Positions 53,297 through 62,868 of a stretch of DNA of 64,000 nt are shown here, in pieces. Position 1 is the stretch's first letter; each line of letters begins with the position of its first letter. The stretch is from NCBI GenBank assembly GCA_949299185.1, contig CASFZR010000002.1, forward strand, positions 4,514 through 68,513. Direction: 5' to 3'. This DNA comes from an uncultured Spirochaetales bacterium (GTDB lineage Bacteria; Spirochaetota; Spirochaetia; Sphaerochaetales; Sphaerochaetaceae). A program made the position numbers and the translations under genes. A model generated the notes under the pieces. That model was not told the origin of the DNA. It ran no database searches and saw nothing but the letters and a program-made list of their open reading frames with translations.

Positions 53297-54718
53297 TCAA
53301 AGCTTGTCTATCAGCATCGAACACTTGCCAGAAGGGATAGGAAGGGTCTTCTTCTTATCCTCATCCAGAAGGTGGATGGTGAAGTAGTAGAGCTTCTCGC
53401 TCTCCAGCCTTATCTCCCAGCCTCTCACGTTCTTGTTCGAGAGTATCGTGATATTGTTCTTCTTCAGCGAGAGATCCTCTATGCCCATCTCCTCCAGCGA
53501 CTGCATCGTCCAGTTGACGGTCTTGCGCGGCAGGGATATCTCAAGGCCGACGATGTTCTCTATCACCAGCGATATCGTCACGAGCCCGAGCATCGGGAGG
53601 TAGCGCTTCCTGTTCTCCATTCCCTCCGGAACGGTGGCAGGCCCTTCTCCCATCGGCCTGTATATCTCCCAGGCATCGCCCTGCTTCTCCGCATCCGGAT
53701 GAAGGGTGTCGAGGATGAAGTACATATGCCTGATGGCACATTCCCTGGCGAAGATGAACGATCCATAGTTCATCAGGCCCTTGACCACCATATACGTGCA
53801 GAACGGAGCGACTCCTCCGCAGTAGCCGTTTCCGCCCTTATCGAAATGAGCGGAGGAGACAGGAACGGTCGGGAACGGGTTTTCCGTGCCAAACTCATTC
53901 TCATCCTTGAGCTTCTCGATAAGGAACGAGGCATATTCGTCATTCGGGATCTCAGCGAGCAACGTCCAATACGCACCGATATGCTTATTGCGTATCCTCT
54001 CCTCGTTCTCGTCCAGATCGTAATAGAACGCGTCCTCGCTGTCCCACATCATGGAGTTGATCCTGGTCTTCACGGAGAAATAGATCCTCTTATAGCGGAA
54101 CGCCAGTTCCTTGTCATTGAGGATATCCCCGATATAGGACATGTAGAGCGCGAAGATCGCCACCGCGGCATTGAAGTCAACGGTATATACCGCTCCCTCG
54201 CGAGGGAGATTGCCCATATGCGTGGCGGCGTATGGCACGCTATAGAGCCCGTTGGCCCTCATGCAGCTCTGCTGCATCCAGGTAAAGTACTTCTCAAGAT
54301 AGGGAAGCACGTCCTTGAGCCTCTTCTTGTTGCCTATCTTATGGTAGAAGACGAACTCCACATAGGAGAGAAGAGGTAGCGAGAGGCCGAGCGGATTGTC
54401 ATCGCTCAGCACCGGCGCCCCTGTCGATATATCATAGCTCTCTGCGATCTGGCCATCCTCGGCCTGACGGGCATAGAAGTAATCGATCATCGAATACGGA
54501 CTGTAGCTCTGGTTGCTGTATACCAGGAACAGAGAGGAGAGTGATGTATCGAAAAGGTTTATGATGCCATTGTCAGCATGGGTGAAGAACCCTTCAGGGA
54601 AAGGACCGTCCTTATCCCCCTGATGCCATATCTCATCCAGCCAGACCCAGGTCCTGTCATACATGTCGACAAAATCCTGATCATAGAAATGAATGCGTGG
54701 AACTAAATCCTTAACCAC
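53297..54718 (-). CDS. Six-hairpin (alpha/alpha)6 glycoside hydrolase, GH63/trehalase-like (MGH1-like)
   Basis: 473 aa, no signal peptide. Aromatic-rich pattern MMWDSEDAFYYDLD...GGNGYCGGVAPFCTYMVVKGL is reminiscent of GH63/GH37-clan enzymes. The family assignment is tentative. Confidence 0.5.
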   Translation of the reverse strand: MVKDLVPRIHFYDQDFVDMYDRTWVWLDEIWHQGDKDGPFPEGFFTHADNGIINLFDTSLSSLFLVYSNQSYSPYSMIDYFYARQAEDGQIAESYDISTGAPVLSDDNPLGLSLPLLSYVEFVFYHKIGNKKRLKDVLPYLEKYFTWMQQSCMRANGLYSVPYAATHMGNLPREGAVYTVDFNAAVAIFALYMSYIGDILNDKELAFRYKRIYFSVKTRINSMMWDSEDAFYYDLDENEERIRNKHIGAYWTLLAEIPNDEYASFLIEKLKDENEFGTENPFPTVPVSSAHFDKGGNGYCGGVAPFCTYMVVKGLMNYGSFIFARECAIRHMYFILDTLHPDAEKQGDAWEIYRPMGEGPATVPEGMENRKRYLPMLGLVTISLVIENIVGLEISLPRKTVNWTMQSLEEMGIEDLSLKKNNITILSNKNVRGWEIRLESEKLYYFTIHLLDEDKKKTLPIPSGKCSMLIDKL

Positions 54719-54854
54719 CGTTTTTCTCCGTTTTCGAAGGAAAAAACCCTGATTTTTTGTCCTTGAATCTCATCATAAATGATATATCATGGACTCCGAG
54801 AAGTCAAACTAATTTTATCTTTAATATCTTCAATAAAGATAATGAATTACCGGA

Positions 54855-55796
54855 TTAACATTTTTCTTCGCCATGTATCAGGGCGATCGCTTGGGGGAGA
54901 ATCGAGATATCGAAGGAGGAGCCGCGGCGGGAGAACACCTCGCCATCGCAGTGGGCCTCTATGCCATCGCCTTCGACCTCTATATGCACCCTCTTGGCAT
55001 TGAGGTAATCGAAGTCGGCCTTGTCCGATACATGGGACCCCCTGATGAAGGAGATGGCGGCCTTGAGGATCTCTCCAAGGCGTGAGAACGGATGCGTGGT
55101 GTACATCACATCGAAGACACCGTCGCTTATCGATGCCTTCGGCGCCATGATGAAGGTAGAACCCATCCGGCGCCCGTTGCATACCGATATCTGCTGGGTA
55201 TCCAGCTCCTGCTCCTTGCCATCTATCGTCAGCCGGATGTGATGGGGCTTGGGAAAGTGGAAGAGGATATAGAAGAACGCGACGACATAGCTCGGCATGC
55301 CGTTCAGATGCCTATATCCCATCGCCCGGAAGTTCACGGCGGGCTCGAAGCCGAATCCCGCTCCATTGAAGAAGTACATCCCTTCCCTGTGTCCGGTTCC
55401 CTTGCAGATGCCGACATCCACAAGCGATGACTTACGGGAGATTATCAGCTCAACGGCCCTGCGGATATCGAAGGGGATGCCGGCAAACCAAGCGAAATCA
55501 TTGCCGCGCCCGATAGGGATTATGCCCATGGTGACGCTCTTGGGATCCGAGGATGTCATGATGCCGTTAAGCACCTCATTCACCGTGCCATCTCCGCCTG
55601 CGGCTATGATCACGCGATACTCGTACTCAACGCCTTTCCTGGCAAGCATCTCAGCGTGTCCCGGTCCTCTCGTATAGGCCACGGTACACTGCCGTCCGAA
55701 GAGCTTGAAGGTATCCTTTATCTCCTGGACCTTCTTCTTCCCACGGCCCTTCGATGCGTTCGGGTTGATGATTAGCAGGATATCCTTCTCAAGCAT
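54855..55796 (-). CDS. Diacylglycerol/lipid kinase family protein (YegS/DagK-like)
   Basis: 313 aa. LLIINPNASKGRG and AAGGDGTVNEVLNG motifs. Confidence 0.8.
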   Translation of the reverse strand: MLEKDILLIINPNASKGRGKKKVQEIKDTFKLFGRQCTVAYTRGPGHAEMLARKGVEYEYRVIIAAGGDGTVNEVLNGIMTSSDPKSVTMGIIPIGRGNDFAWFAGIPFDIRRAVELIISRKSSLVDVGICKGTGHREGMYFFNGAGFGFEPAVNFRAMGYRHLNGMPSYVVAFFYILFHFPKPHHIRLTIDGKEQELDTQQISVCNGRRMGSTFIMAPKASISDGVFDVMYTTHPFSRLGEILKAAISFIRGSHVSDKADFDYLNAKRVHIEVEGDGIEAHCDGEVFSRRGSSFDISILPQAIALIHGEEKC

Positions 55797-55891
55797 AGCT
55801 TGAGGGTATATTACTTCCCGCGATATGGCAACCGGTTTCTTCCAAAAGAATCGCCTAATAGGAAAGTTTCTGCATCGATATTGCCCGTTCC

Positions 55892-57271
55892 TTGATTATC
55901 AGGACCATTTTCACCATACTCTCCTCCGTGAAAACCGCTGACAGAGGACTGATAGGCAGGCTTTCGCTAGTCGCCCTGCCGATAATGTTTCAGAACCTGC
56001 TTACCTCCTCGCTCTCCTTCCTGGACACGCTCATGATCGGGCAGCTGGGACAGCAGGAGATCGCCGCCGTGGGGATAGCCAACCAGGTCTATTTCGTAAT
56101 CTCCCTCCTCTTCTTCGGCATAGCCTCCGGGACATCGATATACCTCGCCCAGTACTACGGGGCAGGGGAATACGGGAAGATGAGGAAGGCGATGTCGTTC
56201 GCCACGATGCTATGCCTTGAAGGAGGAGCGCTCGTATCGATACTCTCATTCATCTTCTCCGATGCGATCATCCGCATCTTCTCAGCAGAGCAGGCCGTCA
56301 TAGATGCAGGCTCGACTTACCTGCGATATGTCGCTTTCTCCTATATGTTCTCTGCTGTATCGGCAACGCTCTCAATCGGCTTCCGCTCAACAGGAAAGGC
56401 ATCGCTCCCGCTTATCGTATCCTTTGTCTCGCTGACGATGAACGCGATCGGGAACTATCTCCTGATATTCGGGATCGGCCCCTTCCCCTTCCTCGGTGTC
56501 GCAGGAGGCGCGATCTCCACGTTCATCGCCCGCCTTGCGGAGATGCTCATCCTGGCGCTGCTGGCATGGGGAAGGCATGAACCCTTCGCCTTCTCCCCTA
56601 GGAAAGACCTCGGCTGGGACAGGACATTCATCGAATCATTTGCCATCACGGCCCTTCCCGTGGTGCTGAACGAACTGTTCTGGTCACTGGGGATGACGCT
56701 CTACAAGGTCGCCTATTCCTCTTTGGGAACAGAGGCCCTTGCCGCCGTTAACATCACCGAATCGATCGGCAACTTCTTCTTCATCGCGATGATGGGCATA
56801 GCCAACGGCGCGACCATCGTCCTCGGCAACGAGATCGGCTCAGGGAATCCGGACAAGGCAAGAGGCTGGGCAATGGATCTTATCGTGATATCCTTGCTGA
56901 CAGGCGCGCTGATGGGGACGCTGGAATTCCTGCTTGCGCCACTCTTCGCCTCATGGTTCAACGTCACGGCAGCCGTCGCCATGACTGCGATCTCCGCGCT
57001 GAAGGTAAGCAGCTTCCGCCAGCCGCTCAAGTCATTGAACATGTGCATGATAGTAGGCGTCCTCCGTTCCGGCGGAGACACACGCTATGCGGTATTCGCA
57101 GAGTTAGGAGGCATATGGCTGATAGGCATTCCTCTCGCCTTCATCGGAACCAGGATACTAGGACTGCCCCTGCCATGGATATACGCCATCTGCGCCGCGG
57201 AGGAGATATTCCAGCTGATTGCCGAAAGCATAAGGATGAAGAACGGACGATGGCTCAACATCCTCGCCTAA
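55892..57271 (+). CDS. MATE-family efflux transporter
   Basis: 459 aa, 12 TM. LALPIMFQNLLTSSLSFLDTLMIGQLG is a typical MATE N-terminus. TTG start in the ORF track. Confidence 0.8.
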   Translation: MIIRTIFTILSSVKTADRGLIGRLSLVALPIMFQNLLTSSLSFLDTLMIGQLGQQEIAAVGIANQVYFVISLLFFGIASGTSIYLAQYYGAGEYGKMRKAMSFATMLCLEGGALVSILSFIFSDAIIRIFSAEQAVIDAGSTYLRYVAFSYMFSAVSATLSIGFRSTGKASLPLIVSFVSLTMNAIGNYLLIFGIGPFPFLGVAGGAISTFIARLAEMLILALLAWGRHEPFAFSPRKDLGWDRTFIESFAITALPVVLNELFWSLGMTLYKVAYSSLGTEALAAVNITESIGNFFFIAMMGIANGATIVLGNEIGSGNPDKARGWAMDLIVISLLTGALMGTLEFLLAPLFASWFNVTAAVAMTAISALKVSSFRQPLKSLNMCMIVGVLRSGGDTRYAVFAELGGIWLIGIPLAFIGTRILGLPLPWIYAICAAEEIFQLIAESIRMKNGRWLNILA

Positions 57272-57288
57272 CGTGCTATACTCAACAC

Positions 57289-58431
57289 ATGCTGACGCTC
57301 ATAAAGGATGTCATGGCCGTCAAGGACGACCTGATCACGAGAACCGATCTATGGATCGATGGTGATACCATAGCCGCCGCTGACGCACGCACTCCGGACC
57401 GGGTCATAGAGGGAAGCGGACTTACCGCCATACCGGGATTCATTGATACCCACATACACGGAATCGGAGGCCAAGGGACAGAGGACGGCACGGCCGAGGC
57501 CATCCTCACCATGTCGGAAGAGCTGGCGAAGGAAGGCGTCACGACCTTCTTTCCCACGATATACACCGACACGATGGAACGCATACTGAATGATGAAAGA
57601 GCCATCGTGGAGGCCAAAGGCAAGGAAAGAGGGGCGATTATCGGAGGCATCCATGTCGAAGGCCCGTTCATAGCACCAGGAAAGATAGGCGCGCAGAACC
57701 CGCTGGGACGCCAGGATCCATCATTAGAGACCTTCTCCGCGATAATCTCCGCAGGAAGAGGCCTGGTGAAGGCGATGACATGCGCACCGGAGCTTCCCGG
57801 GATAGAGAAGATAGCCAAGGCAGCGGCAGAGGAAGGCGTGGCACTGCTGATGGGACACACCGACGCGACCTATGATGAGGCGATGAGAGGAGTCGGCATG
57901 GGCATACGCCATACCACCCACCTCTTCAACGCGATGTCAGGGCTGATGCATAGATACCCAGGGGTCGTCGGAGCGGCATTGATGCATGACGATGTGAATG
58001 CCGAGATCATAGGCGATGGGAGGCATGTCCATAAGGACATCGTCATGTTCGTGATACGCACGAAGGGTACGGATAAGGTTGCCATCATCACCGACTCGCT
58101 CCGTCCCACCAACCAGAGGGAAGGCATCCTCACCGCCAATGGCGTTGAGGTGGAGATGGGAGACGGCCTATGGGTGACGAAGGGAAATCCTGACCTGATC
58201 CAAGGCTCATGCCTTACCATGCACAAGGCGTTCAGGAACCTCGTGTCATGGGGGCTTACCATCCCTGAGGCCTCAGCCGTTACGTCAACGACGCCCGCGA
58301 GGATATATGGCTTGGATGACAGGGGAAGCCTCAAGGAAGGATGCAGGGCTGATATAGTGCTGCTTGACAGCGATCTTGGAATAAGGAAAGTCTTTATCGG
58401 AGGAGAAATGATATGTGGTACAGCAAGCTGA
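57289..58431 (+). CDS. nagA: N-acetylglucosamine-6-phosphate deacetylase
   Basis: Start trimmed to MLTLIKD (ATG 57289). PGFIDTHIHGIGG and HLFNAMS motifs. The longer ORF overlaps the MATE gene. Confidence 0.85.
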   Translation: MLTLIKDVMAVKDDLITRTDLWIDGDTIAAADARTPDRVIEGSGLTAIPGFIDTHIHGIGGQGTEDGTAEAILTMSEELAKEGVTTFFPTIYTDTMERILNDERAIVEAKGKERGAIIGGIHVEGPFIAPGKIGAQNPLGRQDPSLETFSAIISAGRGLVKAMTCAPELPGIEKIAKAAAEEGVALLMGHTDATYDEAMRGVGMGIRHTTHLFNAMSGLMHRYPGVVGAALMHDDVNAEIIGDGRHVHKDIVMFVIRTKGTDKVAIITDSLRPTNQREGILTANGVEVEMGDGLWVTKGNPDLIQGSCLTMHKAFRNLVSWGLTIPEASAVTSTTPARIYGLDDRGSLKEGCRADIVLLDSDLGIRKVFIGGEMICGTAS

Positions 58432-59840
58432 GCAACAGGCGCCTGTGGCAGGCGTTCAATGAGATATCGAGGATACCGCGCGAGAGCGGCAACGAGGAAG
58501 GCATCAGGAACTACCTGCTCTCCTGGGCGGAGAAGCACTCCCTTGAGGCGAAGGCTGACAGCAAGGGCAACGTGGTGATCTATGCGAAGGCCACCAAAGG
58601 CTGTGAGAAGCTGCCGGCCATCGCTCTTCAGGGACACATGGACATGGTCTGCGTCAAGAGACCGAACTCGAAGCATGACTTCCTGATAGATCCCATAGCT
58701 ATCGAGACAGATGGCGTCACCATCAGGGCGAAGGGCACATCGCTCGGAGCGGACAACGGCATCGCCATCGCGATGATACTCTCCATCCTCTCCGACCCGA
58801 AGGCCCAGCATGGCCCCGTCGAGGCGATATTCACCGTGGAGGAGGAAACAGGCCTCGGAGGAGTCTATGCGCTTGACACCGAGCTTGTTAAGGCAAGAAG
58901 GCTCATAAACCTCGACAGCGAGGAGGAAGGCCTGATCTATACCGGATGCGCGGGCGGGCTCGATCTGGAGGCAACGCTCAAATACAAGACAGAGGCCGCG
59001 ACAGGCACGGCCCTGAAGGTAAAGGTATCAGGACTCCTAGGAGGACATAGCGGAAGCGAGATACACAAGGAGAGGGGCAATGCGATAAAGATCCTCGCCC
59101 GGTACCTCAACAGGCTCCCTTCCTTCTCTCTTGCTTCGATAGACGGAGGAACAAGGCATAATGTCATTCCTTCGACAGCCGAGGCCGTGATCACGGTCGA
59201 GGACAAGGATGTAGCCCTATCGCTCGCCGCCGCGATGCAGGAGGAGCTTGTGAACGAGTACAAGGTGTCCGACCCGGGGGTGAAGCTCTCGGTATCATCC
59301 ACGCAGATGCCTTCAGTGACGATGAAGAGGAAGAAGAGCCAGAAGCTGGCTGACCTTCTCTTCGCCTCCCCGCATGGAGTCGCCGCGATGAGTACCGTGA
59401 TCGATGGCGTCGTGGAGACCTCGGACAACCTCGCGATGGTAAGGCTCGCAAACGGCAAGGCGAATGTCTCCTACTCGATCAGAAGCAACGTCGACTCAAG
59501 GAAGATGCTTCTTGCCTATGAGATCATAACGATAGCCGAGTCCCTCGGCTTCAAGGTCAAGGCAACGGGGAACTATCCTGCATGGGAGCCTAATCCTGCC
59601 TCTAAGCTTACTAAGGAAGTCGCCAGAGGCTATAAGAAGATAACCGGCAAGAAGCCCGTGATCACCGCGATACACGCCGGACTTGAGTGCGGCATACTCA
59701 ACGAACGCATACCAGGCATGGACTCCGTTTCCATAGGCCCGGAGCTTCATGATGTCCATTCAGTGAATGAGAACCTGAACGTCGAATCAGCCGAGAGGAT
59801 CTGTGATTTCCTCACTAAGCTCCTTCCCACGCTCAGATGA
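58413..59840 (+). CDS. pepD: Aminoacyl-histidine (Xaa-His) dipeptidase, M20C
   Basis: 475 aa. LWQAFNEISRIPRESGNEEG, LQGHMDMV and TVEEETGLGG are typical of PepD. Confidence 0.85.
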   Translation: MWYSKLSNRRLWQAFNEISRIPRESGNEEGIRNYLLSWAEKHSLEAKADSKGNVVIYAKATKGCEKLPAIALQGHMDMVCVKRPNSKHDFLIDPIAIETDGVTIRAKGTSLGADNGIAIAMILSILSDPKAQHGPVEAIFTVEEETGLGGVYALDTELVKARRLINLDSEEEGLIYTGCAGGLDLEATLKYKTEAATGTALKVKVSGLLGGHSGSEIHKERGNAIKILARYLNRLPSFSLASIDGGTRHNVIPSTAEAVITVEDKDVALSLAAAMQEELVNEYKVSDPGVKLSVSSTQMPSVTMKRKKSQKLADLLFASPHGVAAMSTVIDGVVETSDNLAMVRLANGKANVSYSIRSNVDSRKMLLAYEIITIAESLGFKVKATGNYPAWEPNPASKLTKEVARGYKKITGKKPVITAIHAGLECGILNERIPGMDSVSIGPELHDVHSVNENLNVESAERICDFLTKLLPTLR

Positions 59841-60244
59841 CGCTTACGCTCGCCTCTCCGATGGCTTACCGGCCATCGGAGGCATCCTTGGATGAGATGA
59901 TCGGCAAGGCATCATCAGCCGCCCCCGGCTATGATGCGATCGTCCTTTACAGCCTTACGCTATCAGACAGCCTTCGCATCCGCAGGCTCGGAGGCGGAGA
60001 GCGCGATGCCTTCACAGAGGAGGAAAAAGAAGCCGTGGAGAAAGGCCTTCCTGTAATGGCGAGGCCCGATCAGACCTTCCTGCTTCCTGCCGCCACCTAT
60101 TCCTTCCTGCAGCTTCCTGCCATGTTCGGAGAGAAGGATCTTCCTCGTCTCCTGCTGCCTTTCGCTACCCATGACCGCCAGGTCTTCGTCAGGATCTTCC
60201 ATGAAAACGTCCTGGAAACGGTGATGCAGCTCTTCATCTCCTAG
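59837..60244 (+). CDS. Hypothetical protein
   Basis: 135-aa ORF, ATGA-coupled to pepD. Composition is similar to neighbouring genes. No motif recognised. Confidence 0.45.
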   Translation: MTLTLASPMAYRPSEASLDEMIGKASSAAPGYDAIVLYSLTLSDSLRIRRLGGGERDAFTEEEKEAVEKGLPVMARPDQTFLLPAATYSFLQLPAMFGEKDLPRLLLPFATHDRQVFVRIFHENVLETVMQLFIS

Positions 60245-60290
60245 TCCTGCTGTTGCCCTTGCATTTTTCCATGGCTATACTCTTCTCATC

Positions 60291-61481
60291 ATGCAGATAG
60301 AGAGAATAAGCGATACATATCACCGCATAAGCTTCGCGAACGGGAGCCAGGTCCTTCTTGTCGGAACGGCCCATGTATCACAGAGCAGCGTCGATGAGGT
60401 CGCTTCGATAATAGAGGAAGAGTCTCCGGACAGGGTATGCATAGAGCTTGACGCCTCACGCATGGCGAGCAAGACGAAGAAGAACAGCTGGGAAGATATG
60501 GATATCAGGAAGGTGTTTAAGGAGAAGAAGGGATTTCTCCTCCTCGCCAACACCGCCCTAGCCTCATTCCAGCGCCGCCTCGGCGCCCAGACAGGAGCGA
60601 ATCCAGGAGACGAGATACTCGGCGCCGCTAAGCTTGCCGAGGAGAAGGACATCCCGGTATCGCTATGCGACAGGGAGATACAGACGACATTCCGCCGCGC
60701 ATGGGCGAAAAGCTCGCTCTGGAACAAATGCAAGCTACTGGCCACGCTGATATCCGCGGCCTTCTCCGATGAGGAGATAACCCCCGAGGAGCTTGAGGAG
60801 CTTAAGAAGCAGGAAACCCTGGAAGGCATGCTCAACGAGGTCGCCAAGGAACTCCCATCGGTAAAGGAAGTGCTTATCGACGAGAGGGACACATACCTGG
60901 CCTCTAAGATCTACTCCGCTCCGGGAGAGAAGAAGCTGGCTGTCATCGGAGCAGGACACACGAAGGGCGTGCTTGCGACATTCGAGAAGCTTGAAAGCGA
61001 CATTCCCGTTCCCTCGACAGATGAGCTGGACACGATCCCGGCTCCTAGCGGTCTGGGAAAGGCCGCGGGCTGCATCATACCGATGCTCATCGTCCTCCTG
61101 ATCCTCATCGGCATATTCTCAAACGGATGGGACCAGGGACTGATGACCTTCCTATACTGGATAATCGTCAACGCATCCTGCACGCTCATCACGACAGCCG
61201 TAGCGGCAGCCCATCCGCTGAACATCCTGCTATGCGCCATCACGGCCCCGTTCTTCGCCCTTAATCCCGTCCTCGGCGTCGGTATGCTCGGAGGTATACT
61301 CGAAGCGACGTTCCGCAAGCCTAAGGTAAGGGACTTCGAAGCCCTGAATGACGATATGATGACGCTCAAGGGATGGTATAGGAACCGGATCCTGCACTGC
61401 CTGCTGGTATTCTTCCTAAGCTCACTTGGAAGTATGATAGGTACTTTCGTGGCATTCCCGCTCCTGATAGCCAGAATATGA
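60291..61481 (+). CDS. TraB/GumN-family protein
   Basis: 396 aa. LLVGTAHVSQSSVDEV and VIGAGHTKG motifs, plus C-terminal TM segments. Confidence 0.75.
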   Translation: MQIERISDTYHRISFANGSQVLLVGTAHVSQSSVDEVASIIEEESPDRVCIELDASRMASKTKKNSWEDMDIRKVFKEKKGFLLLANTALASFQRRLGAQTGANPGDEILGAAKLAEEKDIPVSLCDREIQTTFRRAWAKSSLWNKCKLLATLISAAFSDEEITPEELEELKKQETLEGMLNEVAKELPSVKEVLIDERDTYLASKIYSAPGEKKLAVIGAGHTKGVLATFEKLESDIPVPSTDELDTIPAPSGLGKAAGCIIPMLIVLLILIGIFSNGWDQGLMTFLYWIIVNASCTLITTAVAAAHPLNILLCAITAPFFALNPVLGVGMLGGILEATFRKPKVRDFEALNDDMMTLKGWYRNRILHCLLVFFLSSLGSMIGTFVAFPLLIARI

Positions 61482-61504
61482 TCGTCAGGAGCGCTTATTA
61501 AATG

Positions 61505-62860
61505 CTAATTCCTTCCAAAAGCCGCAATTAATGCGGTTTTTATATTCTGTGCCGATATCTCCTTAAGCTTCGTCTCACCCCGTCCATCTGCAACGATTAC
61601 ACGTTTGTAACCCATGCTTGCTAATGACTTCACGCGCCTTTCATGGAACGCGACGGGCCTAACCTCTCCCGCAAGGGACAGCTCTCCGAACGACGCGACT
61701 CCACGCGGTATTGGGATATCCTGCCGAGAGGAATAGAGAGCCAAGGCGAGCGCAAGCTCGATGGAGACCTCTGAAAGCCTCATGCCTCCGGCGACATTCA
61801 CATATATATCCTGATCAGCAAGCTGAAGTCCCGCATGTCTCTGCAGGATCGCCGCGACACGGCTTACGCGGGCACTGTCTATCCTCTCTGAATAGATACG
61901 CTGCAGGCTCGATTTCGCGGGAACGACAAGCGCCTGTATCTCCACGACGAATATCCTGGAACCCTCCACGACCGGGGTGAAGGCTATTCCTGAAGGAAGC
62001 TCATCGCCCGTCCTCGATGACAGGAATGCGCCCGTCGGATCATTCACGCCCCGGAGGCCTTTCTCATCCATGAGGAAGAGGCCTATCTCATCAACGGAGC
62101 CAAAGCGGTTCTTGCTTGCGCGCAGAAGCCTCATGCCCGACTCGGCACCCTCGAAGTAAAGGACAGTATCTACCATATGCTCTACGATCTTCGGTCCGGC
62201 TATGTTCCCATCCTTAGTTACATGCCCGATGAAGAATATGGCGGAGCCGATACGCTTAGCCAGCAGTGACAGCTCCATGCAGCATGCCCTGACCTGGTTG
62301 GGAGAGCCTGCCAGGGATGCCACAGAGGCGCTGTAGAGCGTCTGCAGCGAATCAATGACGATGTAGCCTGGCCTGATACGCTCGATGATATCCAGAAGCG
62401 CCTCAAGCCTCGTATCGCAGAATACGGAGATCCTGTCGCTCCTGAGGCCAAGGCGCTCAGCACGGAGCCTTACCTGCGAAGGGGACTCCTCTCCCGACAC
62501 GTAAAGCACCTCAGCCGCATCCGCGAGATTGGAAAGCATCTGTTCCATGATCGTCGACTTGCCTATGCCAGGCTCGCCTCCGACAAGGACGGAAGAGGGA
62601 CGCATCACGCCCCCTCCAAGGACCCGGTCAAGCTCATCGATGCCGGAGGAGACACGCATGGCCTTCTCATAGGGTATCTCGGAGAGCTTGCGCACGCTCT
62701 CATCGATGACAGGCGCAGGCTCGGCCTTCCCCTTCTGCTTCGGCACGACCTTCTCCTCGGAAAAGGTATTCCAGCTCCCGCACTCCGGGCAACGACCGGT
62801 CCATTTCGCCTCTATATGGCCACATTCGCTACAAACGTATCTGACAGCGCCTTCCTTCAT
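61505..62860 (-). CDS. radA: DNA repair protein RadA/Sms
   Basis: 451 aa. Zinc finger YVCSECGHIEAKWTGRCPECGSWNTF, Walker A GGEPGIGKST, KNRFG motif, Lon-like C-terminus. Confidence 0.95.
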   Translation of the reverse strand: MKEGAVRYVCSECGHIEAKWTGRCPECGSWNTFSEEKVVPKQKGKAEPAPVIDESVRKLSEIPYEKAMRVSSGIDELDRVLGGGVMRPSSVLVGGEPGIGKSTIMEQMLSNLADAAEVLYVSGEESPSQVRLRAERLGLRSDRISVFCDTRLEALLDIIERIRPGYIVIDSLQTLYSASVASLAGSPNQVRACCMELSLLAKRIGSAIFFIGHVTKDGNIAGPKIVEHMVDTVLYFEGAESGMRLLRASKNRFGSVDEIGLFLMDEKGLRGVNDPTGAFLSSRTGDELPSGIAFTPVVEGSRIFVVEIQALVVPAKSSLQRIYSERIDSARVSRVAAILQRHAGLQLADQDIYVNVAGGMRLSEVSIELALALALYSSRQDIPIPRGVASFGELSLAGEVRPVAFHERRVKSLASMGYKRVIVADGRGETKLKEISAQNIKTALIAAFGRN

Positions 62861-62868
62861 AACCCCTC

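Noticed and set aside
52643-54379. 578-aa plus-strand ORF
   Set aside because: It is antisense to the SDR and GH63-like genes, which have clear family motifs. Its composition is biased (Leu/Arg/Asp/His) and it has no recognisable domain.
57870-58811. 313-aa minus-strand ORF
   Set aside because: It is antisense to nagA and pepD. No motif, and biased composition.
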